A DNA stretch of 64,000 bases from Lytechinus pictus. Its lineage: Eukaryota. The DNA lies in contig NC_087246.1 in the NCBI RefSeq assembly GCF_037042905.1, forward strand, positions 7,504,001 to 7,568,000, given 5' to 3'. This document shows, piece after piece, positions 12,650 to 25,303 of the stretch. The notes beneath the pieces are model-generated. The model was given only the letters and a program-made list of their open reading frames with translations. It was not told the origin of the DNA and did no database searches. The position numbers were made by a program, and so were the translations under genes. Position 1 is the first letter of the stretch, and each line of letters begins with the position of its first letter.

Positions 12650-12710
<61 letters not shown>
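12466..12710. repeat. Inverted repeat of about 70 bp around (TA)n, plus a second (TA)n tract abutting the exon-4 donor
   Basis: agttgccaaagctc...cgcgcaccca (TA)n tgggtgcgcg...gagctttggcaact, then (TA)n to 12710. Confidence 0.9.
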
Positions 12711-12711
<1 letters not shown>

Positions 12712-12714
<3 letters not shown>

Positions 12715-12876
12715 CGTATTTGACGCTCTGGTTGCCATTGGCTTGTAGAAGTCATCGTTCAGAGTCATATTAGAAATCTCCAGTTCTTGAAGACATGGCA
12801 TTGACATGATAGCATCGGAGTAACGCGAAGAAGCAACTTCACCAAGTTTTCCTCTTTCGTGTTTAAGCGTTACAAT
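12712..12876 (-). CDS. NLR LRR exon 4 (55 aa)
   Basis: ctccag|ATT...AAG|gtatat, 165 bp. [55 protein letters not shown]. Confidence 0.87.
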
Positions 12877-13164
12877 CTGGAGAAAAAATGCGAGCAAGAA
12901 TGAAAAATGAAAAACTACAATTTGCACAAAAACATACATCATGTACATTCATAGAGAGGCGTTAATGAAGAAAACCCAAAATAGTTTTACGTTACCAAAA
13001 CATACTTTTATATTTCACAAGGGGTGTCAGCTGATTCAGTGAAAACAAAATCATAACACGAAAGGCTGACTCTCCTTTGTTTTATGACTGCTTAATATTT
13101 GACGTCTCGCACAACTTTTTTGACCAAATTTGCGACCCCAGCATCATGACATTATGCAACATTA

Positions 13165-13437
13165 ATATAATAATAGCTGGATTTATAAAGCGCTTTTTTC
13201 CAGAGGATGCAAAGCGCTGCTATTATTACCCCGGCTTTAGCTCGAGCTACCATAACCGGCGGTCAGTGCATGCAAGGAATTAATCCTGCCGGGTACCCAT
13301 TCACCTCACATGGGTCGAGTGCAGCACAGTGTGGATAAAGTTCTTGCTAAAGGAAAACACACCATGGCTAGGATTAGAACCCACGACCTTCTGTGTGAAA
13401 GGCGAGAGTCAGAACCACTAGACCACGACGCGCCCAC
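13165..13437 (-). mobile_element. tRNA-derived SINE with (TTA)n-type tail
   Basis: Minus strand gtggtctagtgg A box and gggttctaatcc B box, core, AT-rich tail; related copy at 53803-54040. Confidence 0.7.
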
Positions 13438-14432
13438 ATAAATCAAACTTCCAATATGTAAGAACATGCCTGACCCCGAATAGCTTAGATGCATGAATTC
13501 ATTTGCAAATCATGTTTTTAGCCAGAATTCATATATGCATCCTAATTTCTATTTTTACTGATTAAAATCCATTAATTTTATGTTTTTTTAACAGAATAGA
13601 TTTGTCAACAATTATATTAAAAGCAATAAAAACGATGCTCGAAAACAAAAACAATTAATAAATTGAAAAGTAAACAAAATACGAATGAAATATTGTTATA
13701 TCGACTTAAAAAATACATTTGATCAGAATCTTATAAAGAATCTGTGAATAAAAAATAACAGTTTAAGAGCCCCAGCAAATATTTCGGCCATTATGCTTTT
13801 GCTGTAGAGATACTCCAATCTCTAGAAACACTTTGATTCTACCAGTATGACAAAGGTACACATCTTGGCAAATGAACATCGTTAAGGAATTTCCCACTGG
13901 AAATGTATAAATCTATTTTCATAACATTACCAAAGCTATTAGGGCATAAGAAATGGAAAAGATATGCGGTTGAACGGCTTGTCAGAGTTCCTATTTTTTG
14001 CTTAACAAAGTTCCAAGATGAGTTTCGCATGTGGGGGAATAACTGCACAAATATTCCTTCTGAACGTTCACTTGCGTGCGTGAGCGTTAGAACATTCCCA
14101 TAATTTCTCAACTTTGTATTGAATAGGTTAGATTGATTGTACTGTAATTTAAAGACCTACGACGTATGCTTGCCATCTTGATTGAATATATGGATTTTTC
14201 CTTGCTTTCTCATTTCACCTCATTTACAGGGATATTCGAGGCGTAAATGCAATATGCGCTACATAAAAAATGACGATTATTATAGTTATTATCATTTAAA
14301 AAAAAATGCAAAACATTATGTTGGTATTCCTCAATGAGTCGATAATGTATCTATACAGTCACTGAGTAACATGGGTCTACCCTTGTCATTGCTCATACAA
14401 TTAACATAAATCAAAGAATATCTTGAATATAC

Positions 14433-14600
14433 TCTTGATTTCGATGCTCCTTCAGCCAGTTTGGGGTAGAATTCATCATCAAGTTTGACATCACTCAGGT
14501 CAAGTGTTTGAAGGTGCGGCATTGTAACGATTGCTTCGGCATACTTAGCTGATGCAGTAGGATCCAAAGTACTCCCTCCTTCATGCTTCAGCGACTCAAT
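14433..14600 (-). CDS. NLR LRR exon 3 (56 aa)
   Basis: atcag|ATT...AGA|gtatat, 168 bp. IESLKHEGGSTLDPTASAKYAEAIVTMPHLQTLDLSDVKLDDEFYPKLAEGASKSR. Confidence 0.87.
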
Positions 14601-14872
14601 CTGATCATGGAAAATAGTGCAAGGGAATGAACTGTAATCTTAGAAAAGTTCATGATATGTCGATATCTTTGGTGTCCATACTGATTATGTTCATTTGATT
14701 TTGTAATTCATTTCTAATACATTGTTCACGTGAAATAAGTAAGTCTAGTTCTTAAGGGTAGCCAAAGGATTTTGCAGAAAATATTGCTATGAATTCATTT
14801 ACATGGTAGAATCAAGTTCCCTTTCAAGTTGTAAGGAGGAAGGTTCTATTAATTTATTCATATCAAATTTAC

Positions 14873-15046
14873 TTTCGATTGTGATGCCCCTTGTGCCAAC
14901 TTGACGTAGAAGTCCTTGCTTGATGACAGTTCCAAATCACACAACTCCAGGTTTTGAAGGTTGGGAAAGGAAACGATAGCTTCCGAGAAGTGCTTTGCAG
15001 AGTCTTGATCCAACAGTCTACCTCCCCCATACTTTATAGTCGTTAT
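14873..15046 (-). CDS. NLR LRR exon 2 (58 aa; absent from ORF track)
   Basis: ccccag|ATA...AAA|gtaaat, 174 bp. ITTIKYGGGRLLDQDSAKHFSEAIVSFPNLQNLELCDLELSSSKDFYVKLAQGASQSK, homologous to the other LRR exons. Confidence 0.85.
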
Positions 15047-15929
15047 CTGGGGAGGACAAACATACTCATTGATGAAATGTAAAAAGTGTCAATACAGAAG
15101 ATGAATGGATGTGCAAACGTATTTGATAATATCATATAGCTTTCACTGGTAAGAGCTAAATTGAGGTATGACATTAATAATAAGTCCGGGAATGTAGATA
15201 TGAGATTATAATCGCATTTTTGAAATGACAGAAAAGTTGATTGAAATCAATTATACAAAAAGCAATGGTAAATCATACTCAAATTAAATTTTATAATTGA
15301 ATTATAAAGTCAAAGAATCGATCTTAAGGTAAATAAAAAACAATAATTTGAAATATATTTTTCAAACCGTTAAGGGATTAAACGAATTGAATTTGACTTC
15401 AAAGTGATTTGAATCCATATTGTATATTGACAGTAAGACTTACCATCGAATTTCGAATTTATATCAAAATAGATTTTTATTATATTTAAAATCGATTACA
15501 GCAGTACCTTACAATGCTGTACATTGTGTATGTTTTTATATCCTTTGTAAGACTTCATCTCTATGTTTGGCCGCCAGTATAAGAAACAAAAATCTCGGAG
15601 TGACATTTGAGCATTGGTTTATGAAGCTCATTGCCAAAACTTTGGTTGAAAAAGGCAAAATGATATGTACCGCATATTTTTCGATTACGTACCAATTTGG
15701 ATTTGATCCATAAAACATGAATCCTCAAACGGGACTTGAGTTTCGTGAAAATTGAGACATGTCAATGCATTTAATTACTTATGTGGTCTCTAACCTTTGA
15801 TTCCATTCGATCATAACCTAATTCCCCCCTCGATTCGGCATGCAAGAACCAAGATTGAAGATAATATCTCCAATTATAGTAGTATATATCTGTTCCGTTC
15901 TTAAACATTTAAATTACATACATGTTATC

Positions 15930-16604
15930 CGCATACATTCGTAATTCCGAAGCTTCGTTATTCCGAAGGTTCGGATATTCCGAAGGTTCGTTATTCCGAA
16001 GGTTCGTATTTCCGAAGGTTCGTAATTCCGAAGGTCCGTTAATCCGAAAACGAAATAAGGTTCGTTGTTCCGAAGGTTCGTTAATCCGAAAAAGAAATTA
16101 GGTTCGTTGTTCCGAAGGTTCGTTGGTCCGAAAACGAAATAAGGTTAGTCAACCATTTAGTTTCGGACTAATGAACTTCAGATGAACGAACCTAATTTCT
16201 TTTTCGGATTAACGAACCTTCGGAACATCGAACCTTATTTCGTTTTCGGATTATCGAACCTTCGGAATAACGCCACAAATGACCTAGTCCAGATTGGACC
16301 TTGTTGTTTGGAAGTGCTTTTTCCCAAAGCTAACATAGAGGGCACATGTCTCTCAATCTCTAATCAGCGCCAATCCACTCATCTTCCCTCCCCAACTTGT
16401 TAGAGATTGAGAGACATGTGCCCTCCATGTTAGCTTTGGGAAAAAGCACTTCCAAACAACAAGGTCCAATCTGGACTACAAATGACCGGATTAACGAACC
16501 CTTTTACGTTTTCGGATTAACGAACATCGAGGTATAGGCAATTTGCGTGTTTCGGAATTACGAACCTTCGGTATTACGAACCTTCGGAAATACGAAGTGT
16601 AACC
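15930..16604. mobile_element. MULE-like foldback MITE built of ttccgaaggttcgt tandem units
   Basis: Units of about 15 bp in opposite orientations on either side of about 16150-16180; 9-bp TSD catgttatc (15921-15929, 16605-16613). Confidence 0.75.
16285..16478. mobile_element. 194-bp TAGTCC...GGACTA MITE with near-perfect TIRs of about 79 bp (AcademH-like)
   Basis: 9-bp TSD caaatgacc (16276-16284, 16479-16487); nested in 15930-16604. Confidence 0.85.
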
Positions 16605-19106
16605 CATGTTATCATTTATGTAAAATGTAACCAAGCATTGCTTGGATATTTCTTTACTCAGATTTCGATTTTATCTTTATGTATGATAGGTCATTGGTGA
16701 AAAACAGCTTGTTGTTGATCTTTTGCACCTGGATAAATATATTAGTCTGGTCTGTTAGCGAAATTATGTGGACACGGTGGACAAAAGCGTGGCTTTTTCT
16801 CCAGACCTTTGTTTATGTATAAGAATTAAGAATGGGGCATGCTCCAAAAAATCGGGCTGCAGAAACAGTGAAAAATGGGTGAAAATGTCAGAATTTATGA
16901 GTCTAGATTTGTCTGATATATAGACTAGCGCTAGTGCAAAACTCAATAGCAATGCATTATTTTGCATTGGATTAGTTCTTGAATTCAGACCCCTTTTGAA
17001 CCGATCTACTGTTTGTCCTCACATCTCAATGCACCAAATATCTGAAAGCAGATGCTTAACAAGCCGAAGGGTGACGGTGGAGGGGGTTGAATGTTGGTGT
17101 GTATGTACATGCACACCAACCCCATGTCTTGGGGTAAAGATGTGCAAGACACATTTTTCGTATGTGTTGGAAATTGTGTTGCCATGGTAATAGTGTATTA
17201 TGGCAAAATAAGGTAAAAATCTTGTAGTTTGAAATTACTTCCTCTGTTTTTAGCCGATTCTCATGAAATTTGGCACACACATTGGTCTTGAGGAGAAGAT
17301 GTCTAAGACACATTTTTGTGTGTCTTTCAGAAATCTTGTTGCCATGGTAACAACATATTATATGGTGAAAATTGGGAAAAAACTTACAATTCAAACTGCT
17401 TCATCAGTTTTCAATCAATTGTCATGAAATTTGGCACACACATTGGTATTGAAGTAAAGATGTACACGGTACTTTTTGTCTGTGTTTAAGAAATTTTGTT
17501 GCCATGGTAACAACATATTATATGGCAAAATTTAGGTTTTGAACAAATTTTTGTGAAATTTGGCTCACACATTGGGGTATAGATGAGCAAGAACCTTTTT
17601 TTTGCATTTGTCAGAGAGTGCATTGCCAGGGTAGCCACATATGATAGCCAGAAATGCAGGAAAACTCATTGTGGATCAAACTACTTCCCCTGTTTTTAGT
17701 CAGTGCTCATAGAAGTTGGAAGAAATATTCATCTAGGGGTGAAGATTTATATTAAATTCTAAATGTCTTCTGTGCATAAAAATGTTCACGCCAGAGTGTG
17801 GGGGTATTAATCACCTTCATTAATATTTCTAGGTTTTGGGGGAGGGGCAGGATTGGTCCTTAAAATCTGACATCAAAATGAAGAAGGTCAAAGGCGGTGG
17901 CCATTAAAAACATAAAAATGATTAACACTCTAAAAAAACGCATCCCCTCAAGGCATAGGCTGGAGGTACACTGGGTGAATGTAAAACTTTCCGCTGAGGC
18001 AGAGGAGTTTCAACACTGGCAAGCAAAACGAAATGTGCACCCCTTCTACTTTCAACAATTGATTTTCCAAACCTTAGTTCCACCTCCCCAAGATGTTCAC
18101 CCCTCCCCATACCACTTGTAGTTCTACCTCCCCATGCTCAAACCAGACACCTTTGCCCCTCAAGGGTCTTTGCATTTTTTAAACTAGACATTACTCTTAT
18201 TTTTTGCGGGGGGGGGGTCTTTAGAAAATTACCTCATAAAAGTTAAAGGATTATGACTAGGAACTTCATCCCCCCGAAAAAATAGGGGGCTGATTATTAT
18301 TTTTTTAGCAGAAAATGCCCCCCTAACTTAAAAGGTAAGAAGAGTCCTTTTCACTTCAGACCATTCATTTGAAGTTTGATGCATTCTGATTTGATAAAAA
18401 ATTGTTTACAGTACCCAATTAACCATTGTTTATTTATATTCTCCTACTCAGTCTTTTATTCATATTCCGTTCCTACTCTTTTTTTAACTTTCAAATCCCT
18501 GTTGATTTTGAGCTTTACCATACCATCTCCTTCTGTTTCCTCTCTCCAAGTATATTTTTTCTGACATACTTTAAAGTGTACCTTTAATCATGCAACTAAT
18601 TATAGAAATATAAATATATACAAAAATCTCTGCACTTGTTTTAGAAATTCACTCGCAAATCCATGACTCAATTACATACCATATCAAAAATATACATATG
18701 TGCACAATAGATTTTAGCCTTATATTTTCTTTCACTTCATTTTCCAGTATTTTTCTGTCACAGCCTCTGCTTTATACATCCTACATCTCTCATTGTCAAA
18801 CATGAATATGTTTCAGTAGCAAAATTGTTGGATGCAAACTCTGACTGTCATAAAAACAAGTGCAAATAATTTTCCATTGGAGTAAAGACAAACTTATAAG
18901 GGATATGACTACAATATAATTATATGTAGATAAATTTTTATTTCTCTACATATAATTATATTCTAGTCATATCCCTTTCAGATGGTGGTAACCACAGGAA
19001 TGGGAAAACTCAAAATTTTCACAGAGGATTTTTGGAAAATAACTACATTAATTTATGTCAAGCAACAGTTGTTCCATTCTGAATGCTGCAACCTTGTTAA
19101 TATGAA

Positions 19107-19855
19107 CATGGACCTATGAAGAGATGGACGATTAACGAGAGCAATTCTTTGGTCCAATGATAGTCACCGTCGCCTGGTTATGCGCATCTTAATGAGAACA
19201 TACAGGTGTTGTAACAATAGCAATTGCCATGACTACCAAGACGTATCTGATCACCCAAAGATGGAACAGTTTCCCGGTCTTGATTTTTGTTGGCTGATAC
19301 CCTGTTTCAGCATGTGCCTTTCAGTCAACATGCTTCATATTTGGAGCAGCAAACTTGAAAAGCAGACGATCTTTATGATATAAAATATGATATTATTCGA
19401 TCCGCTAACTACCGCTCACACATAAGGACCTCCTTAACATTGAGAGACACACGATCTATAAATGTTATGTACCACGTATATCTGGAATATTATGGAGAAA
19501 CTTGGGAAAATTAAATTTTAAATGGTAAACAATCAATCACAATATTGCCTCTATATTACAATATGAAGACATTTCCCCAAATAAAACACATGGAACTAAG
19601 ATTACCAAAGGTAAAAAAGAACCGCACATCGATTTTCCATGATTTAAGTAATTTGTTGTCTATTGCGCATATAATTTGTGAAATATAAATGTCCAGTCAC
19701 GAACTGCTTCCGTCCCTTCTCACGGTGACAATCATTGAACCAAAGAAGACTAGTATGAAGAGAATGTTATTCAGAGGAGTCAGGGGACAATTACAGTCAC
19801 CTGTTAGTGAATTCATTAAGTAAGCGATTAATGTCCATCTCTTCATAGGTCCATG
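19107..19855. mobile_element. P-superfamily-like MITE, copy 2
   Basis: catggacctatgaagagatggac / gtccatctcttcataggtccatg; 7-bp TSD atatgaa. The empty site is visible in F2 copy B at about 41154. Confidence 0.88.
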
Positions 19856-20548
19856 ATATGAATTTGAATTTGATGTACCTTTACCAAATATAATATCATG
19901 ACAGTCATTTCTTCAAAACTAAACATGCTACTAGTGTCGACAGAGTGTAGCCAAAAATGATTATGAAGGGAAAAAATGTCATGGTATTATATTTCGGTGT
20001 AGCTGTAAGCATTCAGAATGGAATAATTGTTGCCAGATAATAATGAATTAAAATAGCAAAGAAAAACGTACTGACTGAGAAAGGGAGGCAAAGGGGGGGG
20101 GGGGGAAGAGGAAACAAAACAAGAAGGTATATGGTAAAGCTCAAGAGTGCAAAGAGTGATGAAAGACAGAGTAGGAACTGAAATGAACAAAGACTGAGTA
20201 GAAGAAGATAAATAAACCATTGATTAATTGGACACCGGAAACATTTTTTTTTTCAAAGTAGAATGATTTAGGCTTTAAATTGATATGCTGAAGTGTAAAG
20301 GATTTTCACCCCCTTTTTTTTTTTGGGGGGGGGGGGTTAAGTTCCTAGTCGTAATAATTTCATTTTACTCTTTTATGTGGCAATTTTCTAAAGCCGCCCC
20401 CCCAAAAAAATGGAAGGGGTATTGTTTTAAGAGTGTTTAAGTTCCTAATAGTCATGGACTTTAACCTTCTATATTTTTGTTAGTTTTTAAGGACCTTCTC
20501 CGCCCCCCTCCCCATTGAAGGTGATTAATACCCAGCACTATTATATGA

Positions 20549-22181
20549 AATACTTTCAAGAAACCAAGCTAATATATAAATTTCAGTCCGGCTTTCGTAA
20601 CGGATATTCCACTGAAACTTGTTTAATACATTTAACAGATTTTATCAGGAACGAAATGTCACATGGGCGCATGGTTGGAATGGTTCTCCTAGACTTACAA
20701 AAAGCCTTTGATACTGTAAATCATAACATACTTTTGAAGAAACTAGAAGTGATGGGTTTGGACTCTCCAAGTGTGACATGGTTTAGATCATATTTATCTA
20801 ACCGTCATCAGGTAGTTACCATGCAGACGGTTATTTCTGATTCACTGCCTATTAAATGTGGAGTCCCTCAAAGAAGCATTTTAGGCCCCATTCTTTTTAT
20901 GTCATACATCAATGATATGTCTACTTGTATTAAAGAATCTAAATTAATTTTATATGCTGATGATAGTGTCTTGCTATATTCGGATACAAATCCCAAGATA
21001 ATTGATAAAAAAACTTAGTGCAGATTTGGCAAATTGCTTTGAATGGATGTCTGACAACAAGCTTAGTTTACACGTTGGGAAAACAGAAAGCATTTTATTT
21101 TGTTCGAAACGAAAGTTTATATATACACAAGATTTCAAGGTTTCATATAATAATCAGGTAATTGAAAGAAAAGATTCAGTGAAATATTTAGGAATTAATT
21201 TGACAAGTAACCTATCATGGACGGGTTTGGTAGACTCCATCGTCAAAAAGGCAAATTCGCGCTTAAAATTTTTGTATAGATATCAAACCTGTTTGAATAT
21301 GAAGTCTAGACGTATTTTATGTTTTGCTTTAATACAATGTTTATTCGACTATGCTAATGCGGCTTGGTACGGTAGTCTGGGTGTTACGGATAAGAAAAAG
21401 CTAAGAATAATTCAAAATAAAATTGTGAGATACATAAATGTTTTAGGACCAAGAGCACATGTCGGATGTAATGAACTTGAAAAGGCAGGATTACTTCATG
21501 TAGATCACAGATCACAACAATTAGTACTACACCACGTGCATAAAATATTCTATTCGGATACATTAGATCATTATATAGCAAATAATTTCACCCGTGTATC
21601 AAATATCCATAGGTACGGTACTCGAAATAGTAATTTTAATTTTGTGTTACCAAAACGTGAATGACATATAGGGAACACTTTTTATTTTAATGGCATCCAA
21701 TCTTGGAATGCTCTTCCTAATAAAGTAAAATCAGTTAAAATATTTTCTCAATTCAAGAGTGCACTAAAGAAGCACCTCAAACTGGAAGCTACTCGAGAGC
21801 AATATTAACATTAAAATCAAACATTTTGTACAGTTGGTTTCTCGTATTGTAGATAATGTATAAATTAGGGTATGTTAAAATATAATCTTGTTTCACGTAT
21901 TAGGAGGATTGTTGTTTGCTTCAGATGTTTGCATATTATTTGACTGATGTATATGTATGTATGTATGTATTTATTTTTTAAACCATGTTCCAGTACTTGT
22001 TGTAGTTTATACTTTTTGTTACAATATGTAAATGTTTTATACTAACTATAGGACCCCATTGGAAATAAGCCTTTCGGCTTTCATGGGCTATCCTGTCAAG
22101 GTATTCTTCAATTTCATTGTAATCTCTTGTGATATTCTTGACGAATAAAACCAATCAATAAATCAATCAATCAATCAATCA
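20549..22181 (+). mobile_element. 5'-truncated L2/Crack-like LINE (RT C-terminal half)
   Basis: FQSGFR, LDLQKAFD, YADD; frameshift in an A run at about 21010; AATAAA + (ATCA)n tail. Empty site tatatgacgtt in F2 copy B at about 41845. Confidence 0.88.
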
Positions 22182-22191
22182 GACGTTTTAA

Positions 22192-22784
22192 AGGGGAATC
22201 CAACCCAAATAAACACTTGTTTTTAGAGGAAAATTAAAAATCAGACAAGTTTTTATGTCAAAGTTTGAACAACATCGGACAAACCATAAGAAAGTTGTGA
22301 ATATATAAAAGTTGTAAGCATTGGTAATCACTATACCCATGAAGACTTCAAATTGACCGCATATGTGATGTCATAGTGATGTAAGGCAAGGACCACTCTT
22401 CCATGTACTGGAATAATTAATTGGCTAAAATTTCTTTTTTTCAAAAGTTTTACTTCAAATTATATCTTTCTTTCATGAGGACATAAAACATTATACTACC
22501 GGGTTTATATTACGGCCCCAATGGAATAGGAATTTAGGAGAAAACCAAAAATCCTAATAATTAAGTACAAGTCTTATGGGGAAGTTTTCCTTGTGGCTTC
22601 ATCCCTTGTCATAATTCACTTACCCAGTTGCCAATTTGAATTCTACATACGAGTAGCCTTAGGGATCTTAATTTTAAAGCAGCCATAACTTTATTTTGCT
22701 TGTCCGATTTCTTTCAAACTTTCACCATTATTATTTATCTCCTTTTCCATGCACATAACATTATGACCAAGGCTGGATTCCCTT
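22192..22784. mobile_element. Kolobok-like MITE, ancestral cargo of F2 (also at 41860-42451)
   Basis: ttaa|aggggaatcca...tggattccctt|ttaa; same position in both F2 copies. Confidence 0.75.
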
Positions 22785-23525
22785 TTAACACTGAATATGA
22801 ATCTTTACCCAAAATGAATATTTGTGTCAACTTTTATCAGCACAGGCTGAAAACTGAGAAGTAGATTGATCCACAATGAGTTTCCCCCCATATTTCTGGC
22901 TATATGTGGTTACCAAGGCAATGTACTCTCTGACAAATGCAAAAAAAAAAAAATTCTTGCACATCTTTACCTCAATGCCAATGTGTGAGCCATAATTATT
23001 TCATGAGAATAGGTTCGAAACTGATGAAGTAGTTCAAATTGCAAGGTTTTTACCTAAATTTTGCCATGTAATATGTTGTTTCCATGGCAACACAATTTCT
23101 GGAACACACACAAAAACTGCCTTGTACATCCTTACTTCAATACCAATATGTGTCCCAAATTTCATGATAATTGATTGAAAACTGATGAAGCAGTTTGAAT
23201 TGTAAGTTTTTTTCCCAATTTTCACCATATGATATGTTGTTACCATGGCAACAAGATTTCTGAATGACACACAAATATGTGTCTTAGACATCTTCACCTC
23301 AAAACCAATGTGTGTGCCAAATTTCATGAGAATCGGATGAAAACAGAGGAAGTAGTTCTAACAGCAAGATTTTTACCTTATTCTTGCAATGATACACTGT
23401 TACCATGGCAACACATTTTCCAACACATGCACAAAATATGTATCGCACATCTTTACCCCGAGACCAAAATATGTACAAACACACCAACATTCAACCCCCT
23501 CCATCGTCACCCTTCGGCTTGTTAA

Positions 23526-24105
23526 AGGAGAATGAAACTCTTGGAGCAAGTTAGCTTTTGTGAAAGAAGAAAAATCAAAGAATAAGATCAACAAAAGTTT
23601 GAGTAAAATAGGACTAGCAATAAAAGAGATATGAGCATTTGAATGTCGAGATCACTAATGCTATGGAGATCCTCCCATTGGCAATGCGACCAAGATCTGT
23701 GATGTCACACACGTACAACTCTCCCATTTGGACACTGAAAATATACCCCAAAACATCTCTTTTTGCTCATTCTAATCATATGACAAATGATTCATCAATG
23801 ATATAATGTGAAACCTCTGTACTTGTCATCTCATAAAGAGAACAACTCACCTTGTGATTGACTCTATAAAAGTGAGAATATAAGTGAAATAAGTACTAAA
23901 GTAATGAGGGAGTTGTACGTGTGTGATATCACAGATCTTGGTCGCATTGCCGGTGGGAGAATCTACATGGCACTAGTGATCTCAATATTAAAATGCTCAT
24001 AACTTTCTTATTATTCATTCAATCTTCCTCAAACTTTCAGCAATATGTTTCTTTGATTTTTCTCTTTGATATTGATTCAGCTGGTTTCAAGGGTTGCATT
24101 CTCCT
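23526..24105. mobile_element. Kolobok-like palindromic MITE
   Basis: ttaa|aggagaatgaaac...gttgcattctcct|ttaa. The empty site gcttaac is seen in the opposite arm at about 17054-17060. Confidence 0.82.
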
Positions 24106-24776
24106 TTAAGCATCTGCTGTCAGATATTTAGTGCATTGAGATGTGAGGAAGAACAGAAGATCTGTTCAAAAAGGGTCTGAATTCAAGAACTAATCCAATG
24201 CAAAATAATGAACTGCTATTTAGTTTTGCACTAGCGTTAGTCTATATATCAGACAAATCTAGACTCATAAATTCGGACATTTTCACCCATTTTTTCACTG
24301 TTCCTGTAGCCAGATTTTTTGGAGCATACCCCATTCTTAATTCTTATACATAAACAAAGGTCTGGAAAAAAATCATGCTTTTGTCCACCGTGTCCACAAG
24401 TAGGGCATTTTTTACGCTAACAGACCGGACTATATTGTTATTAATAAACAATGTGTTTTGGTTATCAAGATAATGAGATTCATTTATGACTTATATGAGA
24501 CCTTTGACATTTGATTTCATAACTCCACAATCGAGATCATTTCCTCTCTAATGTCTAACATGTATAGAAGTCAAATGTGAAGTTGATCCTTATTTTTTCA
24601 GTCCGTGCAAGAGTGAGATATTTCAATGCAATCATATTGACCCCTGTGGTATTTTAAACTTTTACCCTGTGACCTCAAAATATAAAAAAAGTTAATTGAT
24701 AATCACGAATGGACAACCCAAGACATAATTCAACCAATAGCCACATACGTTGGGCAGGGCGTAACAATGATTATAC

Positions 24777-24968
24777 CTGTGACTTCCTTGCTTTCGTAGC
24801 CATATTTGAGAAGAAATCACCATCTTCAAGGTATGGATCCCCCAGTTGAAGAGATCGCAGATTGGGCATATCAAAGAGTGCTTTCGCGTATTGACTTATT
24901 CTATCATCTGAGTACATCCTTGTCTCCTCTGATTGGCTATCAGCTGATATGTGTTTCACTTCTTCTAG
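24777..24968 (-). CDS. NLR LRR exon 1 (64 aa)
   Basis: tag|CTA...CAG|gtataa, 192 bp, phase 0/0. LEEVKHISADSQSEETRMYSDDRISQYAKALFDMPNLRSLQLGDPYLEDGDFFSNMATKARKSQ. In frame with the NACHT exon end. Confidence 0.82.
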
Positions 24969-25303
24969 CTATCGAATACAAACAAAAACAATTTCATCTG
25001 CGTTACAAATGGCAAATACCTTGCCGAGCAAATACGAAACTGATGTGCATATACGCATCTGTACCTCATTATGAAATAATAATGATAATTTCTAAAAATA
25101 CGACCAATGGATTGTGCACACTTTATGTTTACCTAAAATTATGTGTTAAAACATAGGTCCGGATGTTTTCCCCTGCTCATCATTTCATGTGTACCCGACA
25201 AGAGAGGGCTGTTTTGGAGGCTTTGAATCAGACTATAATTCTTGGACTTGTATTTCCAGAGTCTTGCCCCCAATTAAAAAGAAAATCGTTGAAAATCGTT
25301 CTA

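Larger units (their letters stand above)
16743..24432. mobile_element. Foldback element family F2, copy A (Academ-like, about 4.7 kb net), inside an NLR intron
   Basis: Ends tagtctggtctgttagcg / cgctaacagaccggacta; 3-bp TSD TAT. Colinear with 37163-43510 after removing three private insertions. Confidence 0.88.

Noticed and set aside
12387..12948. ORFs with long YI repeats (also 56384-56701)
   Set aside because: Read-through of (TA)n microsatellites; only 12712-12876 is a real exon.
15930..16604. Regularly repeated ttccgaaggttcg units superficially like a CRISPR array
   Set aside because: Units are adjacent without unique spacers, flip orientation mid-array and are bounded by a 9-bp TSD; eukaryotic context with no cas genes.
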